A stretch of 64,000 nt of DNA from Octopus vulgaris (lineage: Eukaryota). The notes below the pieces were generated by a model that was given only the letters and a program-made list of their open reading frames with translations, was not told where the DNA came from and did no database searches. The number at the start of each line of letters is the position of its first letter. The first letter of the stretch is position 1. Below, one piece after another: positions 53,965 through 64,000 of the stretch. The position numbers were made by a program, and so were the translations under genes. The stretch spans positions 34,782,001 through 34,846,000 of the forward strand of contig OX597830.1 in the NCBI GenBank assembly GCA_951406725.2, read 5' to 3'.

Positions 53965-54700
53965 TACCTCATCTTCTCAGATGAAAGCTGTCTCGCATTG
54001 AGCGTGATTGTTGTTTTACTTTCATCCTTGCATATGAGCGGATATGACTTTGATGCCATGCGTCCATCGCCATAGCACATTACGAAATACCAAGCGTATG
54101 ACGAGATCTGTACCTCATTGGATTTAAGTGACAAAAGATTGTACAACACTTTTCGTACTTTCTCGGTCGCCGTAGCAGGTCCCAGTGATTCGCAGTATAA
54201 GATGACGAGTACTCCTTTGAGTTTTTTATCGCGACAACAGCCGATTCTCCCATCAACGATATATAGAATCTCAGCGTCTGTCTAGTCACTGGTGTCGCAA
54301 ATAGCCGATGGGCTTATTAAAATATAATTGACAGAACTAATATTTAATACTGAAAGATAATTTTGAACTTCATCTTAATGCGGAGGCTATGTTAAAAGAC
54401 AAATTATTGTGTTATTTACCTTGTCAAAATTACCTCTCCTTATGACTATCGTTGACGGAAGATTCGCCTGTCAAAGCGCTGCTAGAAATCTGTCACTGAG
54501 GAACTCACAGCAGGATGAAATTACGTGATCTGGCTGTTTCGGTGAGCGTAGCGGACGATCCTTGTCTGTCAACGATATAGCTACGTGTGCTTTTATGCAC
54601 CATGAGTCCTTGTGAGTGAACATCTCAGATAAAGGCTGCAGTATTTTGCATTCTAACACAGCGCCCACGTTATGTTGGAGATCAAATATACCCTTTAATG
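53965..54700 (-). pseudogene. Probable decayed Ty3/Gypsy pol fragment (RNase H followed by integrase zinc-finger region)
   Basis: WCIK..ISLTDKDRPL..RFLAAL*QANLPSTIVIRRG resembles WAIK..TDH.PL..RW.L.LQ...I.Y..G. Downstream IVDG..SLGPATATEKV..YAW..M..D..KSYPLIC resembles the H..GH.G..KT..Y.W..M..D..C..C pattern. Confidence 0.4.
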
Positions 54701-55522
54701 TATACATTTAATGTATGGATAGTATTATAAAATATTGAATGAATAGTCACAGACGTAGACACGCGAGCATATAATGATATACGTCAATACTAGCAATATG
54801 GTAGTACCATCACTTGGAACGTTTTGTGCTTTGAATTTTCTATAAATCAAGCTAGAAAGATTTTGCGTGTCACAGTGGATTATTAGAATCTTAGCAAAAA
54901 GATTATGTTAGTCGTGCATGGTACTAAGATGGCAATCATTATCGTTACGCACGTATGCGTTAGCTCTAACAAATATTTTCCAATTGAGAAGAAACGGTGT
55001 CGAATTTCCCATTAACAACCAAATATCCGAAGTGAATGACGTTTGTTTGATTTTTTCCAGAACCCCGAAGCGAATACCCGTGAAAATGAAATCGGTATTT
55101 AAAAGGGTTTGAGGTCATACCACTGTTTAAAATTTAAACTATTGTAAAGTGTGACCCGATATTTATACACTCTATCCATTGCCACATTCTTTGATTCTTG
55201 ATTGTTGAGATCTGTGCAGCTAATGGGCTGGTGAGTTATTTGTCATTTCCGTCTGTTTATCCATCAGAGGCGTTAGAATATCATAGACAGGGTTCGGTGT
55301 TTTGAGTAGGGCAATACAAAATTTCGGTTGTATTTAAATTATGACCTAGTGATATTTGTGATTATAGGTCGAACACAGATTAGAAGAGTTCAATAAAGTT
55401 CTGAGGCCAATAATGTACTGACTATAATTTAGACACTGAATACCGAATGCTTTTATTTTGTAGCTTTCTTTCAAATCGGAACGGAAGGTAAATGTTCAAT
55501 TGTAAGATGATTTTTTTAACCT

Positions 55523-55924
55523 CAGAATCGTTAGCACGCCGGGCGAAAGGTTTAGCGGTATTTCGTCTGCCGTTACGTTCTGGGTTCAAATTCCTCCGAG
55601 GCCAACTTTGCCTTTCATTCTTTCGGGGTCGATAAATTAAGTACCAGTTACGCATTGCGGTCGATGTAATCGACTTAATCCCTTTGTCTGTCCTTGTTTT
55701 TCTCCTCTGTGTTTAACCCCTTGTGGGTAATAAAGAAATAGGTATTTCGTCTGCCGTTACGTTCTGAGTTCAAATTTCGCCGAGGCCGACTTTGCCTTTC
55801 ATCCTTTCGGGGTCGATTAATTAAGTACCAGTTACGCACTGGGGTCGATGTAATCGACTTAATCCGTTTGTCTGTCCTTGTTTCTCCCCTCTGTGTTTAG
55901 CCCCTTGTGGGTAGTAAAGAAATA
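55523..55924 (+). mobile_element. Family-A SINE dimer (two type-1 units)
   Basis: Junction AAAGAAATAGGTATTTCGTCTGCCG at 55732-55756. Confidence 0.92.
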
Positions 55925-56063
55925 GATATATAGAAAAACAGTATTTTGTCTATGTATTCACTGTCACTACAAACAGACAGCCAGCTGAATAAACTCCTTT
56001 ACTTATAAATGAAACATTGTTAAAGAAAAAGAATCATTTTTGTATCATATTTAATGTACATAC

Positions 56064-56195
56064 TGGTAAATTTATTGCGATATTCGCCCAGAACATGCCG
56101 TGTTTAAAGATACCACCGCCATAAGTAATATATTGGAGAAAGACGGAAACCATGATAGCAGCGGCTAGAGAGAATGCCAGTTGTATGTCGGCCAT
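56064..56195 (-). CDS. Candidate first coding exon of an unidentified host gene (signal peptide or signal-anchor N-terminus); exon 56239-56064
   Basis: Acceptor ..ttgtttttatatatatatatAG|56239; ATG in strong context (ccgAatATGG); 44 codons MADIQLAFSLAAAIMVSVFLQYITYGGGIFKHGMFWANIAINLP; phase-0 donor CCA|GTATGT; unique, GC-richer island. Confidence 0.5.
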
Positions 56196-56324
56196 ATTCG
56201 GTCCTGTCAACTGCGTGCTAAGACGAGATTTGTTACGTTCTATATATATATATAAAAACAATGAGAAACATTAACCAGTATTGCCAAGGCCCTGTACGGC
56301 GAAATATATAACGATGCATATATC

Positions 56325-56665
56325 TATGTACGTATGTACGTTTGTATGTATGTATGTATGTATGTATGTATGTATGTATGTATGTATGCATGTATGTATG
56401 TATGTATGTATGCATGTATATATGTATGTATGTAAGTATGTATGCATGTATGTATGCATGCATGTATGTATGTATGTATGTATGCATGCATGTATGTATG
56501 TATGTATGTATGCATGTATGTATGTATGTATGTAAGTATGTATGCATGTATGTATGCATGCATGTATGTATGTATGTATGTATGTATGCATGTATGTATG
56601 TATGTATGCATGCATGTATGTATGTATGTATGTGTGCTAGCATGCATGTATGCATGTATGTATGT
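56325..56665. repeat. (ATGT)n/(ATGC) tetranucleotide microsatellite
   Basis: Directly visible; one of dozens of TA, TG, ATGT and TATC tracts in the window. Confidence 0.95.
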
Positions 56666-56711
56666 ATAAATGCATGTCTATGCGTACATATACACATACA
56701 CATACACACAC

Positions 56712-56760
<49 letters not shown>

Positions 56761-57169
56761 AGGAGAGAGATAGAGAGAGAGATAGAAGGACATTGATTGA
56801 TAGATAGATAGATAAATTTCCTTCTCTTCATTAATAACCAAAGTTCTGTCCATTCTCTTTTTATCTTTCTTCTATATAACTAATTTGACTCGCGATATCA
56901 CTGTCTCTCCTATTCTTTCCCTGTTTAATTTCTCTAAGAATCTCACTCCAAAAATGCTAACTTTACCACCCTCCTCGTCCTCTCTGTTTCTCTCTCTCTC
57001 TGTTTCTTTCTTTCTCTCTTTCTCTTTCTCTTTCTCTCTCTTTCTCATTCTATACCCCGCTTTCACCATCTTTCTATGTACTTCTTTGTTTCTGTCTTCT
57101 CTCTCTCTTTCCCTCCAGCTCTACTCTTATCGTGTCTCCAGCCAGTTATCTCCCCTCCCTTACTTTCTT

Positions 57170-57226
<57 letters not shown>

Positions 57227-58245
57227 CTCTTTATCCTACTCACTTTGTTCCCTTCTATATTTCTCTCGAACCTCAATTCTTTTCTTCCACAGACCAATCG
57301 TGGAATGGTTGTTTCTTTTAAGGCTTCACAATAACGACAAAAACAATTAATCGAGGTTATCGCTTAGTGAGAAGAACATGACATGATATGCAAACTCTAC
57401 GCATTTTGCCCCCGGCAGATTTTCAGCTAACAGTGGGGCGGTTTAGGGGCAGTTGTGCGTAATTTTGGGCGACAGAGGCGGCTTTGGACGTATGTGGACG
57501 GTCTCATCGAGCTAGTGGCTAGTCAGAGAGGGCTAAGGGTGCGTAGTTATGTAGTTTGTGTTGTGAGTTGTGTGGTGTATGAGGTGGGTACATATATGAA
57601 GCTGGAGTAACGAAGCAAGACTTTAAATTATAATTATACACGACTACGACGCAATTATTATTCAGTGTTAAGTGTCATTTCGATAAGATGGTGCAAGCCC
57701 CAGGTGTTTAACACGTATTAAGGAAATAAATACTGGTTAGTTTAGTTCCTATACGGGATCCATAAAGATGTGTTACACAAAATATATGGCGTACATTAAT
57801 ATGTCTCTCTCACTTCCTCTCTCTGTTTCCCTCTCTATTTCGCTGTATATACGTGCATATACACACATATATGTATGCGTGCTTTATATGTGTGTCTCTA
57901 TTTATATGCGTTACTGAGTGTTGGTATATTTAATGCAAGAAAATGCGGCGATCAATGGTTTTGGTGAAGCAGTAATAATATCTGGCAGTTGGTGTAGGAA
58001 TAGGAAAAAGTTTAGATATGAAACAGAATATGTAGTAGAGATTTAAAAGGGGCCTGAGAAACGGAAATAGGATTGAAAGTGGGTAAAATCATCGAAGGTT
58101 CGGATTTCCCAGATGATCTGAAGAATTGAAAGTTCAGTAGACGAGAAAGTTGCGTTTGATGATACTGCGTAATCAATTTAATTAAACTGCAAAACAAACG
58201 GCGGCAAGAAAAGAGTAAACGTGCAGAAGTGCACCTAGAACATAG

Positions 58246-58297
<52 letters not shown>

Positions 58298-58390
58298 GAG
58301 TAAACACATAAATGTGAAACAAGGTGGAAAATAGAGTACTCAAATACCAGAGGTAGAGTAATATGCTTTATTTAAAAGCAGCAGAAATAT

Positions 58391-58497
58391 AACAAAAAGC
58401 TGTTACTCAGTGTTTCACGTTCCCGTCCGTCGGACAGTTTTTTTTAGAAAACTGTTCGACGAACGGGAACGTGAAACTATGAGTAACAGCTTTTGTT
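58391..58497. repeat. Inverted repeat (~50-bp arms), each arm a hammerhead-like motif, in a PLE-type insert (58296-58505) between (TA)n arrays
   Basis: Plus arm CTGT-TCGACGA-ACG(ggaa)CGT-GAAA-CTATGAG-TA-ACAG; minus arm CTGT-CCGACGG-ACG(ggaa)CGT-GAAA-CACTGAG-TA-ACAG. Confidence 0.85.
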
Positions 58498-58501
58498 TTT
58501 G

Positions 58502-58566
<65 letters not shown>

Positions 58567-58800
58567 TTCTTTGTCAAGGCCGACAGAAAGCGTCGATGCT
58601 TTCTAGGGCTAAACAGCGGTGGTGTAGTTCCCTTACTGTCACGTTAAGTTGACAGTATACAACCACTCTATCGCCCCACCACCGTACATATCTCTATGAG
58701 ATATTTAGAAATTTAATATTTCTGATATATATATATATATAGATATATACATATACACATATACACATACACACACATATATATATATGTGTGTATATAC

Positions 58801-58833
<33 letters not shown>

Positions 58834-60018
58834 ATAAATTACTTGTACATCAACAATATTTTCTAACAATATGGTGTGTTAATAATGCGATGTGCAATAG
58901 AATAAAACTAAAGATTGCTATCTAACATTGTGTGTCGACAGATGTAATGCACTTGACTAGCATACGCCTTTAGTTTCCATGCTTCCATTAGGATAAATGC
59001 TTGATTCCCAACTGAAGAACTGAAATCGGTCCGGCTCATCATTCATTCTCTGTCTACGAGGATATTACATTGTTTACATAAGTATACCATGTGCGGATGT
59101 AGCCGGTTCATTTGGGTGATTCAGAAACGCTATCAAATGGTTGATAGCAACAAAAGAATATATCTACACTAGGTGATGTTAAGCCTTAGTGGACTAATTT
59201 TGATCTATCAGACAATAAATATGCAACCCAAAGAATGTAAGAATCTCGTAGCTTACTACACGAACAATGAATATATACAATCCCTGCACATTATAAACAG
59301 TCTTAAAACTTTACCAATATGAATTGAATATATCCAACTCCATTCCATATCCTCTGTATCCGTTTCTCTTTCAATATCTAAATACAGGTATGATTGTAAC
59401 TTCCTGCTTTCCATTTTCTCTTCTACTTTATAAATCTACCTGTTTTAAAGTGAATTGGCTTTATCCTGAAGATACATGCAGACACACTGTTTATAGATAC
59501 AAACAAGAGAAGAAATATGGAATATAAAGTAAATTAAATTTGAGTAAGCGTTGGGTGTTTCGTCCCTTAAAAATATGAAACAGAAATGCTTTTCATTTCT
59601 TCAAATTCTTTCTTTTACACGAAAAACAGGTGCTGAGCCAGCAAGCAGCTACTATGCGCAGTTATCCGGAAAACTGCCGCAATAATAGGAAGATATCCTT
59701 CATGTAATATATTAGCTATGACAACATATAGAGACGGATGGTTATGATCTTAAATGAGAAATCTGTGTGAGCATACTGATAGTGTGGGGAAAAATCAGTC
59801 GAATGTGGCTGATACCAGGTGAAAATCAAGAAACCTGAGAAATTTTCCTACGAGGTAAATTCAAATTTCATCAACATAATTTGGTCCGAGGATGCAAAGA
59901 GAGGAATTTAATTTAGTAAAATCCAGCTCTGTTCCTACCTGTATCTATGTTTCTGTATTTTTTAATATTTTCTTTCCCTTGTTTGATGTGTCAGCCTATC
60001 TGTCTATCTGTCAGCCTC

Positions 60019-60101
<83 letters not shown>

Positions 60102-60254
60102 GTCTATCTATCTATCTATCTCATTTGGTTAGTCTATCTATTTGGCTACCTGTCTTTCTGTTTCTCTTTATGCTTCTGTCTGTCTGTCTCTGTCTGAATC
60201 TGTCTGTCTGTATCTCTCCTTAGTTCACTCGTTTTCACTTTCTATGTCTCATTC

Positions 60255-60525
60255 TATGATGGCGGTGGTCTCTCGTAGTCCGAGAAAGACGATTTTGCAA
60301 ATTTTTGATGAACAACCTACACAAATGTTCAAATGCACGTGCTGTACGTTAGTTCCACGCCCAAACACTTCGATGTTGCCTGAAAAGGTGCACGAAATCC
60401 CACACGTCAATTATCCAACTGATAACAAAGCAAGGAGATATGATGTGTATGAAACTACAATCGCATGTGCAAGATCCCAAACACTAGGCCATGTGCCCCT
60501 GACGACTTGTTCCATATATACATGC
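60255..60525 (+). pseudogene. Possible decayed piggyBac transposase C-terminal Cys-rich domain
   Basis: HEIP..KARRYDVYETTIACARS..HVPLTTCSIY loosely follows H.P...RRC.VC..T...C..C..VPLC..CF..YH. Confidence 0.3.
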
Positions 60526-60573
60526 TTATATATTTGAATGTATGTCTTACTCTCTTTCTTATATATGTATGCA

Positions 60574-60607
<34 letters not shown>

Positions 60608-60788
60608 TGTGTGCGAGAGTGTCTGTGCCTGTTACTTGCACAGTACATACTGTCTCGTCACTAAGGGCTTAGAGACTGCGATAAAGGAAATTACTAGACT
60701 TGGTTATCAACCGCATAGCGGCTCTGCTCCAGCATAACCACAACGCAAGGACTGAAACCGGTAACAAAATGTATATAATATAATATCA

Positions 60789-60819
<31 letters not shown>

Positions 60820-60870
60820 GAGTGAGTGAACAAGCGAAAGAAAGGCATTCAACACACATTGATCCATGTA

Positions 60871-61016
60871 TGGATCAAAACAGTTTGATCCGATATCCTT
60901 GGCACTTCGAGTTTCAAAGCGTGTCAATCCTCAACAATTCAAATTTCAATGGCTAAGGATTAGCGTTACTCTTTGAAAACCGATGTACCAAAGAATTTGA
61001 ATCAAACTGTTTTGAT

Positions 61017-61019
<3 letters not shown>
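60871..61019. mobile_element. 149-bp MITE with TA flanks
   Basis: TA|TGGATCAAAACAGTTTGAT ... ATCAAACTGTTTTGATCCA|TA (19 bp perfect; imperfect pairing extends to ~60 bp). Confidence 0.85.
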
Positions 61020-61066
<47 letters not shown>

Positions 61067-61244
61067 TGTGTGTGTGTGTGAGTGTGTATATATATATATA
61101 TATATATTAAATAGCTTTGGTGAAGCATTCTGTGGTATAACTTTGAAAAGGTTTATTGTGTAAGGCCGGAACAATGCGAAATGGTACGAAGTAAACTACA
61201 AAAGGAAAAGAAAAGAAAACAAAGTTGCAGTTTTACCTTGTATT

Positions 61245-61280
61245 TCTATATTTCGGGGTTATCTCCCCTCTTCAGGACAT
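61245..61280 (-). ncRNA. Partial hammerhead motif in a probable PLE terminal-repeat fragment
   Basis: GTC-CTGAAGA-GGGG(agataa)CCCC-GAAA-TATAG; stem III, cleavage site and stem I 3' arm are degenerate. Confidence 0.5.
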
Positions 61281-61951
61281 TTAGAAAAAAAACGGAAGTT
61301 TACAAAAGTTGTAGCTGAGATGTGTGGGGGAGTAAGAAGGAAATGGGAGGAAGGAGGAAAGTGACATGCGCAGACATTGTGTTGCTATAGCAACCAGTCT
61401 GTTTAGCGTAGTGTCTTCCTGTTGGCAATGATTGGTCTCAATTTGTTTATAATAATGGCCTCCACGATTCTGAGATTGATTCTAGGGCAGGCTGTTCTGT
61501 TGATCGAGCAGAGTACCAGATGATGAAGTCGACCTAAATTCCAAACCCGACCACCTATGTCGACCATTTTGAAAGTCTTTTAATTCTAGCGGGTGTTACG
61601 TTCTTTTATTTTACACAATAGCTTTTCAATCAGTGTTAAGACCCAGAGCTTTATGAAATGGTAAAAAAATCAAGAGTTTAATTTAATAAATATCGATTAA
61701 ATTCATTTTATGTTCTTTATTATTCCTGCATTTATATCCATAACAGTCTTACTTCTCTCATATCAGTTAAAAATCTAAGTATGTGTACATATTTGTAAAT
61801 GTATGTGTATTAATATAAATGCCTCGCTGAGACCAATTATGTTGTACCCTGTAGAGTATGTAGGTTTCTTGGAATTGTATATAAATATTCTTGGAATTAT
61901 ATTACATTATATTATCTATATTCATATACATATTCATACATACACACTTGT

Positions 61952-62017
<66 letters not shown>

Positions 62018-62850
62018 GGTTACAATTCGCATACATGCTCCACGGGATACAGCATAATTAATCATAGGGAGTTGTTCATATACATACATGCATGCATAAC
62101 ACTTAATGCGAATCACCTACAAACAGAATTTATACGTATATACATACATATATATATATATATATCATATATCATATATCATATATATGTGTGTGTGTGT
62201 AATATATTTGATAAAAAATAAAACGGATGCATACACCACAGGGCACATCATAATTAATGTTTGTCAGATACTTGTTTCCTGATGAGATAGAAAAAAATTA
62301 TTCATATAAATTGTGTCTTTCCTGGGGCGGCGACTTTACGACTATGCATTTGAAGTATAAATGTAAGCTACCAACTTCTTATTCTTGATACAAAGCAAAT
62401 ATGGGCTATCGTACCACGTGACTACTTTAAGTAGCTTCATTTGAAATGTTTCGCATTAAATAGAAAAGATCTATTAGCCAATGAATAATTAAAAAGATTT
62501 TTCAGTAAGGTTTTCGCACAATATCTTGGAATACGAGATTCTACTATTTTTAGCATGCCGAAATCTTGTTAAATGTATTTGGAATACGATTTATATTGTA
62601 TGTCGAAAGTTTGCAAAACACATAATAACAAGAGAAAATAAATATACAAATGAAAATAAAATAAACTTTTGAAAGCAGATGGAAAGTTTCTGCGATAATA
62701 TGGTAGGACAAAGGTGAAAGTGAAACGCGAGGTTTTTCTGTCCACGGCGTACAAAATATACTTGGATGAATTTGCGTTCTGTCTTTCAGGTTTTTGAAAG
62801 TACAGATATGTTCGGAATACCATCTTTTAAAGCTATGTAAAATTTTGCAA

Positions 62851-63105
62851 GGTGAAGGGGCGTGGCTTAGTGGTTAGGGTGTCAGCATCATGATCGTAAG
62901 ATTGTGGTTTCGATTCTTGGACCGGGCGACGCGTTGTGTTCTTGAGCAAAACACTTCATATCACGTTGTTCCAGTTCACTCAGCTGGCAAAAATGAGTAA
63001 CGCTGCGATGGACTGGAGTCCCGTCCAGCTAGGAAACACATACGTCATTGAAACCGGGAAACCGGGCTCATGAGCCTGGCTAGGCTTTAAAAGGGCGCAT
63101 TTATT
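62851..63105 (+). mobile_element. Family-C-headed SINE with an alternative 3' tail
   Basis: Head and core as family C up to CAGCTGGCAAAAATGAGTAA, then CGCTGCGATGGACTGGAGTCCCGTCCAG... ending in TTTA repeats. Confidence 0.85.
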
Positions 63106-64000
63106 TTATTGTTAAAATTTTGCAAAACGAGGTTTTGGCTATGAATGCGATTTGCAACATTCATGGTTGCTTGCAAAAAAGTATATTCTTAATATTAGGC
63201 TGCAAATACCAAATATAATACATGGTTATATTACTGTAATTCTATCTAAAACATCGACCTGAAAAAACTATACAGTATGCGAAATGTAAGGATAAAGAAA
63301 AATATGTCAGCAATTTAATACATAAATTTGAATTTCCATTATAAATTCACCAGCCTTTTGACCTATGAATGGATTACTTACCGTCACGCTCGCAGAATTT
63401 AAAATGTGTCCCAGTTGAAATTATATGTTTAAATCCAGTAGGGTAGATATTTTCTATTTATACAATGAGAAATAGTTTTGTCATGATCATCAGACTGTAA
63501 ATAGAGATGACCACACGTATAAATACTTTATAAATAATATACAGAGCAACTAGTCCAGCAGTTGATTGTTTGTACATTCTCTTAAATATTCTATTTGCAG
63601 TTATAAATATTATATAATAGCGGTGAAGTGCATGATGCGGAAACTTCTCTTACATGCTACAGAGCAAGACAAATGGGCTACCGTTTCTATAAGCGGCAGT
63701 TTGATTTTTAAATTGCTTACTATTTCATTACATTTCAGATCTTAATTCAATACATTGAGTGAAATGTCTTAATACATATTCAGACAACGAATAAGAATGT
63801 TTTAAAATATATTTATGATGACATTCCATTATTTATACCCGCAATACAGATCAATTACGATCATAGGTATGCTTTATTAATAAAATCTTGTCAGAGCTAT
63901 ATTACAGCAAAATCAACAACTAATATCATAGCGTAGAGAAGCTTTCAGCAGTGATGATCAACGATGCATTTGACTGTTGGTTGTTAAGGACACTAAAACC

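Noticed and set aside
53964-54000. Plus-strand IFSDES (Tc1 motif)
   Set aside because: No other Tc1 motifs follow; the minus-strand Gypsy-like reading fits the region better.

Overview
AT-rich eukaryotic DNA dense in repeats. The SINE families and extreme microsatellite load point to an octopus/coleoid cephalopod genome (inference). Nearly all ORFs in the supplied track are microsatellite or SINE artefacts, and I see no prokaryotic system or CRISPR array. The window holds (i) >30 copies of three tRNA-headed SINE families, including head-to-tail multimers that share one junction; (ii) R4/Dong-type RLE retrotransposon 3' ends piled into (AAT)n tracts; (iii) an L1/Tx1-like LINE found twice inside (TATC)n tracts, once with a perfect 73-bp fold-back; (iv) a split, inverted Penelope element whose terminal repeat carries a tRNA-like Pol III head, a microsatellite and a hammerhead ribozyme motif; (v) about six further hammerhead-like motifs, mostly in short inserts within (TA)n arrays; (vi) a 5'-inverted RTE LINE; (vii) mariner, piggyBac-like and other MITEs plus decayed Gypsy and transposase fragments. 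There is one credible host coding exon (minus strand, 56064-56239) and a possible upstream non-coding exon. Edges of degenerate repeats were set by eye (about +/-10-20 bp), and family names come from motif recognition, not database searches.
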